A stretch of DNA of 64,000 nt from Chloroflexota bacterium. GTDB taxonomy: Bacteria > Chloroflexota > UBA6077 > CF-72. The stretch covers positions 913 to 64,912 of the forward strand of contig DASXRR010000450.1 in the NCBI GenBank assembly GCA_036506475.1, in the 5' to 3' direction. Both the position numbers and the translations under genes were made by a program. The notes beneath the pieces were generated by a model, which did not search any database, was not told the origin of the DNA, and worked only from the letters and a program-made list of their open reading frames with translations. Below are positions 16,705 through 26,285 of this stretch, one piece after another (position 1 is the stretch's first letter; each line of letters starts with the position of its first letter).

Positions 16705-18636
16705 GTGTGCGGCATCGCCGGCATCTGGCATCGCGATGGGCGCGCAGTCGACCAGGCGCTCGTGCGCCAGATGTGCGATAGCCTCGCCCATCGTGGACCT
16801 GATGGCGATGAGGGTCTGCTCGTCGACAGCCACGGCGACGTTCAGCCGCGGTTGCTGAGCTCGGCCAATGGGTCAGCTGACCACGATCTGGCTTTTGGCC
16901 ATCGGCGGCTGGCCATCATCGACCTGGCTACGGGCGATCAGCCCATGTCCGACGCCAGTGGCTCGCTGTGGCTGATCTACAACGGCGAGATTTACAACTA
17001 CCGCGAGCTACGCGCACAGCTGCAGGCGGCCGGGCATCAGTTTCGAACCCAATCTGACACCGAGGTGATTTTGCACGCCTATCAGGCGTATGGCGTCGAC
17101 TGCGCGGCACAGCTGAATGGCATTTTTGCGTTCGCGCTGTGGGACGCCGCGCGCGAACGCCTGTACCTGGCGCGCGACCACTTCGGCGTGAAGCCGCTGT
17201 ACTACAGCGAGCTCGGCGGCGCGCTCCGTTTCGCCTCGGAGCTCAAGGCCATTCTGGCCGATCCCGCCGTGCCACGCCGCCCCAGTCTTGATGCACTCAA
17301 TCTGTGCCTGACCCTCCGTCATACGCCAGCGCCGTGGACATTGTTCGACGGCATTGCCAAGCTGCCGCCCGGCGCGTACGCCATCGTCACTCGGGATCGC
17401 GTCGAGGTGACGCGCTACTTTGTCTCGGCCCAGCCGACTTTCGACGACCCCTCTGTTCCCGCCCTGGTGGACGAGCTTGCGGAACGCATCGACTGCGCCG
17501 TGAAGCGTCAGATGGTCAGCGACGTGCCCCTGTCGCTGTCGCTGAGCAGTGGTGTCGACTCGAGCGCGCTGCTCGCGATCATGGCCAAGCACAGCTCGGA
17601 GCCGGTGCGCACCTTCACCGTTGGCTTCGCTGGCCGTGAAGCGGACAGTGAGATTGGCCCCGCGACGACGACCGCGCACCATTTCGGCGCCTGCCCGACG
17701 GGCAAGTTGATCTCGCAGGACGACTACGCGGCGTTCATGTCGCGCTACATGTGGCACCTCGAGGAGCCTATCGGTAACGACTCAGCCCCGGCCTACTACT
17801 TCGTGGCGCAGCTGGCGCAGGCGAACGGGATCAAGGTCATGCTGAATGGGCAAGGTCCTGACGAGACCTTTGCTGGCTACGATCGCCACCGCGGTGTCGC
17901 AGTCCTGGATCGCATCGCTGGACTGAACAATCCGCTCATGCGGGCTGGCTTTGCGATCGCCGCCGGGCGGTTGCCGCAACAGCCCGCGCGCCTGGCACAT
18001 GCGCTGTCGGTGGCATCCGAGGTCGACCAACTGTTGTCCATCTACACGTTCGTGCCACCCGCGCTGCGCCGGCGGCTGTTGAATCCCGCGACCCAGTCCA
18101 AGCTCAACGCCGACCTGCCGCGGACGTATTTGGCAGGGATGCTTGGTCAAGCCCCGCCAGGCACGCGCCTCGAGCGCATGCTGTGGATCGACACGCGCAC
18201 ATCGCTGCCGGACAATTTGCTCCTCGCCGAAGACAAGATGGCGATGGCCGCGAGCGTCGAGGCCCGCGTGCCGTTCCTCGACGTCGAGCTGATGGCCTTC
18301 GCCGAGCGTGTGCCGGGCCGCTTGAAGCTGCGTTCAGGGCAGGGCAAGTGGCTGCATCGTCGCGCCTGCGAACGATTTCTGCCGCCGGACGTAATCCGGC
18401 GACGAAAAATCGGATTCGACAACGCGCTCGACCTCTGGCTGCGGGCACGGCTCGGTGTGGAGCTGCGCGACTTGATGGCCGAACCGTCGTCGCTCGCTAA
18501 CTCGTACCTGTCGCGTGGCACCGTCGACCGCCTGCTCGACGAACACGCCAGCGGTCAGCACGACCATCGCCGGGTGTTGTTTCTTCTGTTGTCACTCGAA
18601 ACCTGGCGCCGCACGTTCCAGGTGAGCGCAGCGTGA
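16705..18636 (+). CDS. asnB: Asparagine synthase (glutamine-hydrolysing) family amidotransferase
   Basis: The start gives an N-terminal '(M)CGIAGIW' with the Ntn Cys2 nucleophile. Contains 'HRGPDG', 'LAIIDL', 'YNGEIYNY', the PP-loop 'LSSGVDSS' and 'EDKMAMAASVEARVPFLD'. Confidence 0.9.
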   Translation: MCGIAGIWHRDGRAVDQALVRQMCDSLAHRGPDGDEGLLVDSHGDVQPRLLSSANGSADHDLAFGHRRLAIIDLATGDQPMSDASGSLWLIYNGEIYNYRELRAQLQAAGHQFRTQSDTEVILHAYQAYGVDCAAQLNGIFAFALWDAARERLYLARDHFGVKPLYYSELGGALRFASELKAILADPAVPRRPSLDALNLCLTLRHTPAPWTLFDGIAKLPPGAYAIVTRDRVEVTRYFVSAQPTFDDPSVPALVDELAERIDCAVKRQMVSDVPLSLSLSSGVDSSALLAIMAKHSSEPVRTFTVGFAGREADSEIGPATTTAHHFGACPTGKLISQDDYAAFMSRYMWHLEEPIGNDSAPAYYFVAQLAQANGIKVMLNGQGPDETFAGYDRHRGVAVLDRIAGLNNPLMRAGFAIAAGRLPQQPARLAHALSVASEVDQLLSIYTFVPPALRRRLLNPATQSKLNADLPRTYLAGMLGQAPPGTRLERMLWIDTRTSLPDNLLLAEDKMAMAASVEARVPFLDVELMAFAERVPGRLKLRSGQGKWLHRRACERFLPPDVIRRRKIGFDNALDLWLRARLGVELRDLMAEPSSLANSYLSRGTVDRLLDEHASGQHDHRRVLFLLLSLETWRRTFQVSAA

Positions 18637-19916
18637 CCTTCGGCCAGAGCCTGAGCTTCGCGCGGCGCTGGCGGTGGCTGGTGCTCCTGGGCATAGTCGT
18701 CGCGGCGGGCGCGACCTACGTCGTGTCCGAGCAAATGCCGCGCGTCTACGAGGCCCGAGCGACCGTCCTGGTGAGCAATACCGATTTGAGCAGCAACCTG
18801 ACCGCGGACCAGTTGACTGCCACGTACGCCGAGCTGATAACTGCCGGACCAATTGTCGCGAGCGTCGCGTCAGCCATGGGCTCGCCGGTCGAGGAGGTCG
18901 ACGCTGCCCTCGACACGACTCCAATCCGCGACACGCGCTTCATTCAGCTGCGCGCACGCTCGACTGATCCAGCGCGCGCGGCGGACATCGCGAACCGCGT
19001 AGCAGCGACGGCCGCGCAGCAATTGCAAGCTGCGCGCGCCGAGCGCGCAGCGGCGCGCATCGATCGAGTTCGCGCTGTCGTGGACCAGCTTGGCCAGGAC
19101 GTCGCCGATCGAGCCGCGCAGGTGCGTACGTTGCAGGGGACGAGCCCGAGCCCACAGCGTGATGTCCAGCTCAGCATCGCGTTGAATGATCTGGCGCGTA
19201 CCCAACAGCGGCTGACCACGGCAATGAATGCGCTCGAGGAGGCACGCGTGGCACAAGCCGGTGCGGGCGAGGTCCTGACGCTACCCGAGCCGGCGGCGGT
19301 ACCGACACAGGCCGTGCTGCCACGCGTGGCCATAAACGTATTCAGCGCGGCCGTGGTCGGCTTACTCGTCGCGGTTCTGATCGGGCTCGTACTCGACTTG
19401 CTGTTCGACCGCCGCGCGCCTCTCGCCGACCTTGCCGGTGCGGCCGGCGTGGCTACGGTCGTGGGCGAGACAGGCCGTGGCAGTGTCGTCGTCACCGGCG
19501 CCAACCCAAGCGCGAACAGCGCGTCCGCCGCGATCGACCTGGCCATGGCGCGTGCGCGTGCGGGCAATCGCGTAATCCTGGTCGACGCCAACCTGTATCA
19601 GCCACGGTTGAGCGAGCTACTTGCGCTCGATGCGCGGCGCGGCTTGACCAACCTGCTCAGCAATCCGGCCCGCCCCGCACGCGCTGAGCTCCAAGCGTCG
19701 AACGTCGAGCAGCTAGGCGTGCTGTGTGCAGGGCCGGTCACGAGCAACGCGATCGATCTTCTGGACTCCGAGCGAATGCGGACGATTGTTGACGAGCTGC
19801 GCGATGGGGTGGACGTCGTCATCGTGGCGGCACCGTCGCTCGACACCAGCGGGGCCATCGCGTTGCTCAGCACGGGCAGCGATGTCGTGCTCGCTGGCGT
19901 CGCGCCTCGAGCGTAG
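18633..19916 (+). CDS. Wzz-type chain-length-determinant domain fused to a degenerate BY-kinase-like P-loop domain (co-polymerase 1)
   Basis: GTGA overlap with asnB. N-terminal TM helix plus 'YEARATVLVS', a coiled region and a second TM. The C-terminal domain aligns to CpsD/CapB-type kinases ('VILVDANLYQP', 'GLTNLLS', 'LGVLCAGPV.SNAIDLLDSERM'), but Walker A reads 'GANPSANSAS' (no Lys) and Walker B reads 'VVIVAAPS' (no Asp). Confidence 0.7.
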   Translation: MTFGQSLSFARRWRWLVLLGIVVAAGATYVVSEQMPRVYEARATVLVSNTDLSSNLTADQLTATYAELITAGPIVASVASAMGSPVEEVDAALDTTPIRDTRFIQLRARSTDPARAADIANRVAATAAQQLQAARAERAAARIDRVRAVVDQLGQDVADRAAQVRTLQGTSPSPQRDVQLSIALNDLARTQQRLTTAMNALEEARVAQAGAGEVLTLPEPAAVPTQAVLPRVAINVFSAAVVGLLVAVLIGLVLDLLFDRRAPLADLAGAAGVATVVGETGRGSVVVTGANPSANSASAAIDLAMARARAGNRVILVDANLYQPRLSELLALDARRGLTNLLSNPARPARAELQASNVEQLGVLCAGPVTSNAIDLLDSERMRTIVDELRDGVDVVIVAAPSLDTSGAIALLSTGSDVVLAGVAPRA

Positions 19917-19920
19917 GCAC

Positions 19921-21039
19921 ATGCCGAACCTCTTCGCGGCCAACACGCTGGCGCGCTTTTGGGGCACTGGCCAACAGGTCGCACAGGAAGCATGGCTCGC
20001 GGCGGCGCGCTCGGCAGCCGAGTGCCTGCCCGGCGGCGCTGAGGTCATGGATCGGGCCGGCTGGAACGGCCTGGCCGAGCACATTCTTGGCGAGGGCCAA
20101 TTCGGGCCAGAGCGCTACCGTCTGAGTCGAGCGCGCCGGCTGTACTACCAGCTGCGGCCGTTTCTTCCACGCCGAGCAACGGCGCTCGTACGGCGCGCTG
20201 GCCAGCGCACGTCGGCGGAGTCTTTCCCATTGGGGTGGCCAATCGAAGATCGCTTTGTGCGATTCATGTACGCCGTGCGAGAGCGATCGGGGGCGTCAGC
20301 GACGCGCCCATTCTGGCCCGACAATGCCCCGTTCGCGTTCGTGCTGACGCACGACGTCGAGCGCGCCGATGGCCAGGCTTTCGTCGAAACCGTGGCACGC
20401 CTGGACGAGCAATTCGGCTTTCGCTCGTCGTTCAACTTCGTGCCCGACGACTACACCGTCGACCAGGGTGTTACTGGTGACCTGCAGGTGCGCGGGTTCG
20501 AAGTCGGCATCCACGGGCTCAAACACGATGGCAAGCTCTTCTCCAGCCGGAGCGGCTTCGAACGCGCGGCCAAACGTATCGCGCTGCACGCCCACACACT
20601 CGGGGCAGTCGGGTTCCGCTCGCCGGCGACGCACCGCAACCCTGAATGGATGCAGGACCTCGACGTCGAGTACGACTCGTCGTTCTTCGATACCGACCCG
20701 TACGAGGTGATGCCCGGTGGCACGATGAGCATCTGGCCGTTCTTCTGTGGCCGCTTCGTGGAGCTGCCGTACACGCTTGCTCAGGATCACACGTTGGTGA
20801 CGGTGCTCGGGGAGCAGACGCCGCGCTTATGGCTCGAGAAGCTGGAGTTCATCGCCCAGTGGGGCGGAATGGCACTGGTCAATGTGCACCCGGACTATCT
20901 GCGCGTGGGTGTCAATTGGCGCGTGTACGAGCAGTTCCTGCAGCACATGCAGTCGCTGCGCGAGCGGTGTGCCTACTGGCACGCCCTACCGCGCGAGGTC
21001 GCGCGCTGGTGGCGGACACGCGCCGATGCGATCGGCTAG
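19921..21039 (+). CDS. Putative polysaccharide deacetylase-like (CE4-superfamily) protein
   Basis: Contains 'FAFVLTHDVE', 'FEVGIHGLKHD', 'VGFRSPATHRN' and 'ALVNVHPDY'. The Asp/His-rich motifs are arranged as in the divergent deacetylases found in EPS loci. The ATG at 19921 is 5 nt after the upstream stop. Confidence 0.55.
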   Translation: MPNLFAANTLARFWGTGQQVAQEAWLAAARSAAECLPGGAEVMDRAGWNGLAEHILGEGQFGPERYRLSRARRLYYQLRPFLPRRATALVRRAGQRTSAESFPLGWPIEDRFVRFMYAVRERSGASATRPFWPDNAPFAFVLTHDVERADGQAFVETVARLDEQFGFRSSFNFVPDDYTVDQGVTGDLQVRGFEVGIHGLKHDGKLFSSRSGFERAAKRIALHAHTLGAVGFRSPATHRNPEWMQDLDVEYDSSFFDTDPYEVMPGGTMSIWPFFCGRFVELPYTLAQDHTLVTVLGEQTPRLWLEKLEFIAQWGGMALVNVHPDYLRVGVNWRVYEQFLQHMQSLRERCAYWHALPREVARWWRTRADAIG

Positions 21040-22212
21040 ATGCCGCGCGTCGTCTATTACACGCGGCCCGCCTTTCTCGACCACAGTCTGCCGTTGCTAC
21101 GCGCGCTGGCGCCTCATGCGTCCGTGCACCTATTGCTCGAGCTGTCGCCCGAGGAACGTCGGGCCGGCTTGTTCGGCGAAGAGCGCATCGTGGCCGGCGC
21201 GGGCGTGCAGCCTGCCGACGGCGCGGTGCGCGCTGGCTATCTTGCCGACGCCCATCAGTTCTTATCCAATCTGGCCAGCTTTGACTTCGTTGTTCACAAC
21301 GCGCCGCGCGCATTTGCCCCGTCCGCGCTGGCCACTACGGGAGCAGCGGCGCTGCGCGTACGGTCGCTCCAGCCAGACATAGTGCACTTCGAAGACTTGA
21401 CGGCCCGCTCGACGCCGCTGCTGTTCCTACTGGCCGGTATGCCAAAACTCGTGGCCATCCATGACGCACGGACTCATCTCGGCGAGCGCGTTGGACGCGC
21501 CGAGCGCATTCGCCGGATCGGCGTGCGGCGTGCGCAGCGCCTGCTGTTCTACAGTCGCTTCTCCCAGCAGCAGTTTGCAAGGCCTGGCAGCACGCCGCCT
21601 TCGACCGTGATTCCACTGGGCCCGAAGCTGGTGTGGTCCGAGCTCGGCGGCCCGGCGCATGCCGAATGCGAGCGCAGTGTCCTCTTCTTTGGACGCGTAT
21701 CGGCCTATAAAGGTCTGGACGTGCTGTACTCCGCGCTGCCGTCCATTGCCGAGCAGGTGCCCGGGCTACGCGTGGTGGTCGCCGGTTCGCCCGGCCCAGG
21801 TTTCATCCCACCGCCGAAGCCAACCCTGCCCGAGGGAGGCAGTCTGGAAACCTACTTCGAGCGCATCGACGCGCCGACGTTGCGCCGACTGTTCCAGCAA
21901 GCCAGCATCGTCGTGCTGCCCTATGTCGAGGCATCACAGAGCGGCGTCGTGCAGACCGCCTTCGCGTTCCACACACCGGTCGTTGCCTCGGCCGTGGGCG
22001 GCCTGCCAGAAGACGTCGACGACAACGTGACCGGGCTGCTCGTGCCACCACGCGACCCGCCCGCCCTCGCGCATGCCATCTCCCGACTCTTGCTCGATCG
22101 CCAGCTGCACGAGCGCATGGTCGACCGCATTCGGGACCAGGTCAGAAGCGCCTGGCCATCGGCGGCGGAGCAGGTCGCCGAGCAGTACCGATGCCTGCTG
22201 GCAGCGCGGTGA
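21040..22212 (+). CDS. Family 4 (GT-B) glycosyltransferase
   Basis: ATG immediately after the upstream TAG. Contains 'FFGRVSAYKGLDVL' and 'VVLPYVEASQSGVVQTAFAFHTPVVASAVGGLPEDVDDNVTGLLVPP'. Confidence 0.8.
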   Translation: MPRVVYYTRPAFLDHSLPLLRALAPHASVHLLLELSPEERRAGLFGEERIVAGAGVQPADGAVRAGYLADAHQFLSNLASFDFVVHNAPRAFAPSALATTGAAALRVRSLQPDIVHFEDLTARSTPLLFLLAGMPKLVAIHDARTHLGERVGRAERIRRIGVRRAQRLLFYSRFSQQQFARPGSTPPSTVIPLGPKLVWSELGGPAHAECERSVLFFGRVSAYKGLDVLYSALPSIAEQVPGLRVVVAGSPGPGFIPPPKPTLPEGGSLETYFERIDAPTLRRLFQQASIVVLPYVEASQSGVVQTAFAFHTPVVASAVGGLPEDVDDNVTGLLVPPRDPPALAHAISRLLLDRQLHERMVDRIRDQVRSAWPSAAEQVAEQYRCLLAAR

Positions 22213-23429
22213 CTTCTCGGAAGCTGGTCATCCTGGGCGGGAGCAGCCCCAATACGCCAGCGTTTTTCGAGGCCGGCGGCTCAGGCTGGGACGAGGTGTG
22301 TCTGGTTGGTCGATCGGCCGAGAAGGTCGAGCGCGTCGGCCTGGCATGCCAGGCAATCGTCGAGCAGCGCCAGGTGAACGTGCGTGTGACCTGGGATACC
22401 GACATCAGGCGTGCGGCACGTGGGGCGGCCTACGTGCTGAACATGCTCCGCGTTGGCGGCGCGGCCGCCGTCGCCAACGACCGCCAGCTGTTGGCCGCCA
22501 GTGGCATCGTCGGGCACGCGGCAAGCTATCCCGAGGCGATCCGCCACCTGGCACCAACGCTGCTTGCCGCGCACACCGTGCAGTCCGTTGCGCCTGAGGC
22601 GGTGTTCGTCAACTTCGCCAATCCGGTCAGCATCCTGTGCGAGGCGATTGCCGACGAGACCACGTTGTCCTGTTTCGGAATCTGCCACCACGCGTTCTCG
22701 ATGCGGACCGACTTCGCCCGCATCCTGGACGTGTCGGTGTCTGATGTGCGCGTCGAATACCGCGGCCTGAACCACCTTGGCTGGGTGACCGACGTCCTCG
22801 TCAACGGGGCGAGCGCACTGGACGAGCTCATTCGCCGACTCGTTCAGCGGCGGATCAAAGCCTATGACTATGACCTGGCGCCCGAGTACCGAGCGATCCC
22901 GATCAAACATGCCGCCGCGCTGTATCACAAGGGCGAGGTGCTGTACGTGCGCCAGGCCGGCCCACGCAGCAGCGCCATCGACGTCGTCCTCCGATCGGGC
23001 GTGGGCGGCGCGCCATTCCGAGGCTGGCTCGAGCGTCGCGCGGCACGCCTCGAAGCAGGCCAGCGCGGGGGCTGGTACTCACGGTGCATCGTCCCTTTTC
23101 TCGATGCCCTTGCCGGTGCAACCGAGTACGAGTTCATCGTGACCTGGCGTCACAACGATGCCGTCCCGCAAGTACCCGGACTGACCGCCGAGGCCCCAGC
23201 GCTCGTGCGGGGCGGGCAGGTACGGCCCACGATGGCGGGGTCAGCGCTCCCTGAGGCTGCCCAGGAGTGGCTGCGTCAGGTGCGGACCAGCGAGCGCTTG
23301 CTGCTGCGCGCGGTGAAGGAGCGCTCAGACGACACCCTGCGCGAGTCGCTGGCCATTCACCCGAGCGTTGCCTCGGTCGCACATGCGCGCGACTTCGTTC
23401 GACAGCTGCGGCCCTTCGCACATGATTGA
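22209..23429 (+). CDS. Glycoside hydrolase family 4-like NAD(+)-dependent enzyme (divergent)
   Basis: Contains 'KLVILGGSSPNTPAFF' (Rossmann N-terminus), 'FVNFANPVSILCEA', 'FGICHH' (Cys-His metal site) and 'YRGLNHLGWVTDV', the order seen in GH4 enzymes. The GTG at 22209 forms a GTGA overlap. An ATG at 22191 is an alternative start. Confidence 0.6.
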   Translation: MTSRKLVILGGSSPNTPAFFEAGGSGWDEVCLVGRSAEKVERVGLACQAIVEQRQVNVRVTWDTDIRRAARGAAYVLNMLRVGGAAAVANDRQLLAASGIVGHAASYPEAIRHLAPTLLAAHTVQSVAPEAVFVNFANPVSILCEAIADETTLSCFGICHHAFSMRTDFARILDVSVSDVRVEYRGLNHLGWVTDVLVNGASALDELIRRLVQRRIKAYDYDLAPEYRAIPIKHAAALYHKGEVLYVRQAGPRSSAIDVVLRSGVGGAPFRGWLERRAARLEAGQRGGWYSRCIVPFLDALAGATEYEFIVTWRHNDAVPQVPGLTAEAPALVRGGQVRPTMAGSALPEAAQEWLRQVRTSERLLLRAVKERSDDTLRESLAIHPSVASVAHARDFVRQLRPFAHD

Positions 23430-25179
23430 CCTGCTCGGCATCGTCGGCCCGACCGGTCCGTCGTTGCCGTGCCTGCCCAGCGAACGTTGGCTGCCCGATC
23501 AGGCGTGCTACGTCGACGGTCCCGCTGTGCGCGCGCGCTACCTGCCACTGCCGTTCGGACCCGTCCCGCACGCCGCCGACACTGGCTATCACGTCTTCGT
23601 GATCGGCGAGCTGTTTGGCCGCGGCGACTACTCGTCGGGGCCACTGTCGGCGCAAAGGGCGCTGGACTACCGGCGCGATCCAGCGGCGCTCCTACGGCAG
23701 ACCAAGGGTAACTTCGTCCTGGTCATCGTCGACGAGCGCAACGCAACGTGCGAGCTGATCGGCAGTCGGCTCCTCATCTCCCCCTTCTACTATGCGCTGG
23801 ACGGCCCGCGGCTGATCTTCTCGACTTCGCTCGCTTCTGTAGCAGCATGTCTACAGCACGCGGAGGTCGATCACGCGGCGGTCGCCGAGCACGCCCTGTT
23901 CAACTACCCACTCGGCCGGCGGACCTTCATTCGGGGCGTCTACAACATCCGGCCCGCGGAGCGCGTGCGACTGGCGCACGGCCGACTCGACATCGATCGT
24001 TGGTGGGACGTTCGCTCACTGTACGACCTGCCCCTCATGAACCAGCGCGAAGCGCTCGACGTTGGCAGCGGGCTGCTGCACGCGACGGTCAACCATCTAG
24101 CTGCCGACCAGCCCCGCCTGCGCGTGTCGTTTACGTCGGGCTTCGATAGCCGCGTCAACCTGGCGGTACTGGATCGCCCACCCGAGGACATTCTGGCTTA
24201 CTCCTTCGGCACGCCGGGCAGCATCAACGTCGCCGTGCCGCACGACATCTGCGCTCGGTTGGGCGTGCGTTTCGAGCCGATCTATCTTGACGACGACTAC
24301 GCGGCACAGTTCGACGATTTCGCGCTGCGCGCGCTCATGCTCAGCGACTGCCTATCGACGGTCGAGCGAGCCAACTACCCGTACGCCTTCGAGCGCACAG
24401 CGGGCTTCGGCCAGGTCGTCCTCACCGGCCTGTTCGGCAGTGAGCTGTTGCGCACGTTTCAAAACATCGGCTACATCGTCAGTGCCGACCTCGTGCAGCT
24501 GCACCTCAGCACGACGGCAATGGCGGACGTCGCGCAGCTCGTCGAGCGCAGTCGCTACATTCGTAGTGAGCTTGTACGCGACAGCCTCGCAGACATTCAG
24601 GCCGACGTGGCGGACCTCTTTGACGAAGGCGTCCGCGGCTTGCCTACCGATCGCCGATTCTATGTGTTCCTGCTGAGTGAGGGCTTGCGCAAGTACTTCG
24701 GTGCGGAGACCCACATCGAACGCCCGTGGGGCCTCAATCGCTTTCCGTTTCTGGACGAGGAATTCGTCGAGTTCGCCTTCCGCGCACCCTTCGCGGGCGT
24801 GCATTCACGCACCCTGCAACCCACCATCGGCAATCGTTTTCGTTCGCAATACTTCTATGCCCATGTCATTCGCCGCTATCGGCCCGAGCTGTTGCAGGCA
24901 ACCACGGACCACGGCTACGCGCCAGCCGACCTGCTCGGGCCGCTGCCGCTGCTGCGCATCGCGCCCAAGGTGCTGGCGCGGCGTCGGCGCCAGGCGCCCG
25001 AATTCAGGACCGAGGAGTGGACGGCCGGGCTGTACCAGCACCAGCTACTGCGCACCCTGCCGCCGGACGACATCTTTACCGGCAAGCTGGGGTCTGATTT
25101 CGAAGATGGCTCGTGGCTCGCCAATCGCCTCGCATTCGCCCGCGCCGCCTCGCTGAAACTATGGCTGGAGCGGATGTGA
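23422..25179 (+). CDS. Asparagine-synthase-like amidotransferase paralog lacking the N-terminal Cys nucleophile
   Basis: Starts 'MIDLLGIVG' where AsnB has 'MCGI'. It retains the AsnB-like architecture, with 'GNFVLVIVD', 'SPFYYA', a degenerate PP-loop 'SFTSGFDSRV' and a C-terminal synthetase-like region. The ATG overlaps the upstream stop by 8 nt. Confidence 0.7.
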   Translation: MIDLLGIVGPTGPSLPCLPSERWLPDQACYVDGPAVRARYLPLPFGPVPHAADTGYHVFVIGELFGRGDYSSGPLSAQRALDYRRDPAALLRQTKGNFVLVIVDERNATCELIGSRLLISPFYYALDGPRLIFSTSLASVAACLQHAEVDHAAVAEHALFNYPLGRRTFIRGVYNIRPAERVRLAHGRLDIDRWWDVRSLYDLPLMNQREALDVGSGLLHATVNHLAADQPRLRVSFTSGFDSRVNLAVLDRPPEDILAYSFGTPGSINVAVPHDICARLGVRFEPIYLDDDYAAQFDDFALRALMLSDCLSTVERANYPYAFERTAGFGQVVLTGLFGSELLRTFQNIGYIVSADLVQLHLSTTAMADVAQLVERSRYIRSELVRDSLADIQADVADLFDEGVRGLPTDRRFYVFLLSEGLRKYFGAETHIERPWGLNRFPFLDEEFVEFAFRAPFAGVHSRTLQPTIGNRFRSQYFYAHVIRRYRPELLQATTDHGYAPADLLGPLPLLRIAPKVLARRRRQAPEFRTEEWTAGLYQHQLLRTLPPDDIFTGKLGSDFEDGSWLANRLAFARAASLKLWLERM

Positions 25180-26285
25180 TTCGGCTGCTGCACGCGGGGC
25201 CACTGCCCCCACCGTGGAGCGGCATTGGCGTCTCGCTGCAGCAGCTGATCGCGTCGCAGCCGATGCGCGCCCAGGACATACACGTCCTGGACACCTCCTC
25301 GCGGGGCCTGCCCGGCGATCCGCGGCGCGCCAAACGACCTACGCCACGGCGTCTCGGGCGCCACGCGCGCCTGGCGCTGGAGACGACGCGGCTCATTCGA
25401 CGCCACGGCGTCCAGGTGCTGCACTGGCACGGCTCGAGTCACGACCTGTCCTTGTTCGGCAACGCGCTGAGCATCCTCGCCGCGCGAGCCGCTGGCGCGC
25501 GAACGGTGTGGCACCTGCACGAGGACCTGGGCGTCGTCGCATTTCCTGGCCAGCGGCGCACCACCCAGACCGCGTTTGCCGTTGCCATGCGCGCCGCCCA
25601 CGCTGTCGCCGTGTTGTCCGAAGCCTCGCACGCCATCGCGCGCAGCTACGTCGATCCGCACCGGCTGGCCGTTCTGCCGCCTACCTGCAGCCCCGATCTG
25701 CTCGACGTTCCAGTCGTGCGGCCCGCGGGCGAGGCGATCGTCGTCATGTTCATCGGCTGGCTTACCAGGGATAAGGGCATTTACGACCTGCTCGAGGTCG
25801 CCGACCTGCTGCGCACTGGGCAGCCGCGAGTGACGTTTCGACTCGCCGGGTCAGGTATGACCGCCGAGGAAACGGCTGCCGTTCGAGCCGAAGTCGAGCA
25901 GCGTGGGCTACAGCACCAGGTGAACCTGTGCGGTGTCGTGAGCGGCGCGCACAAGCGGCGCCTGTTCGCCGACGCGGACATCCTGTATCTGCCTACCCAC
26001 TGGGATGCCTTTCCCGTCGTGGTGCTCGAGGCTATGGCGGCCGGCCTGCCCGTCGTTTCGACCTGCGTTGGTGGCGTGCCCAGCATGGTCGAGCACACCC
26101 GCGGCGGCTTGCTCGCCGCGGTGGGCGACACGCGCCAGCAGGCAGACGACCTGCGCACACTCGCCAGCAGTCCAGAGCGGCGGCAGGCGATGGGCGGCTT
26201 CAATCGCCAGCGCTTCTGCGCCGTGTCCCATCCGGACGTCGTCGGCCAATCCGCGGTCGACCTGTACCACCGCCTGCTGGCCTGA
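25161..26285 (+). CDS. Family 4 (GT-B) glycosyltransferase
   Basis: Contains 'FIGWLTRDKGIYDLL' and 'LYLPTHWDAFPVVVLEAMAAGLPVVSTCVGGVPSMVEH..GGLL'. Start is ATG 25161 (or GTG 25176), overlapping the upstream gene end. Confidence 0.8.
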   Translation: MAGADVIRLLHAGPLPPPWSGIGVSLQQLIASQPMRAQDIHVLDTSSRGLPGDPRRAKRPTPRRLGRHARLALETTRLIRRHGVQVLHWHGSSHDLSLFGNALSILAARAAGARTVWHLHEDLGVVAFPGQRRTTQTAFAVAMRAAHAVAVLSEASHAIARSYVDPHRLAVLPPTCSPDLLDVPVVRPAGEAIVVMFIGWLTRDKGIYDLLEVADLLRTGQPRVTFRLAGSGMTAEETAAVRAEVEQRGLQHQVNLCGVVSGAHKRRLFADADILYLPTHWDAFPVVVLEAMAAGLPVVSTCVGGVPSMVEHTRGGLLAAVGDTRQQADDLRTLASSPERRQAMGGFNRQRFCAVSHPDVVGQSAVDLYHRLLA

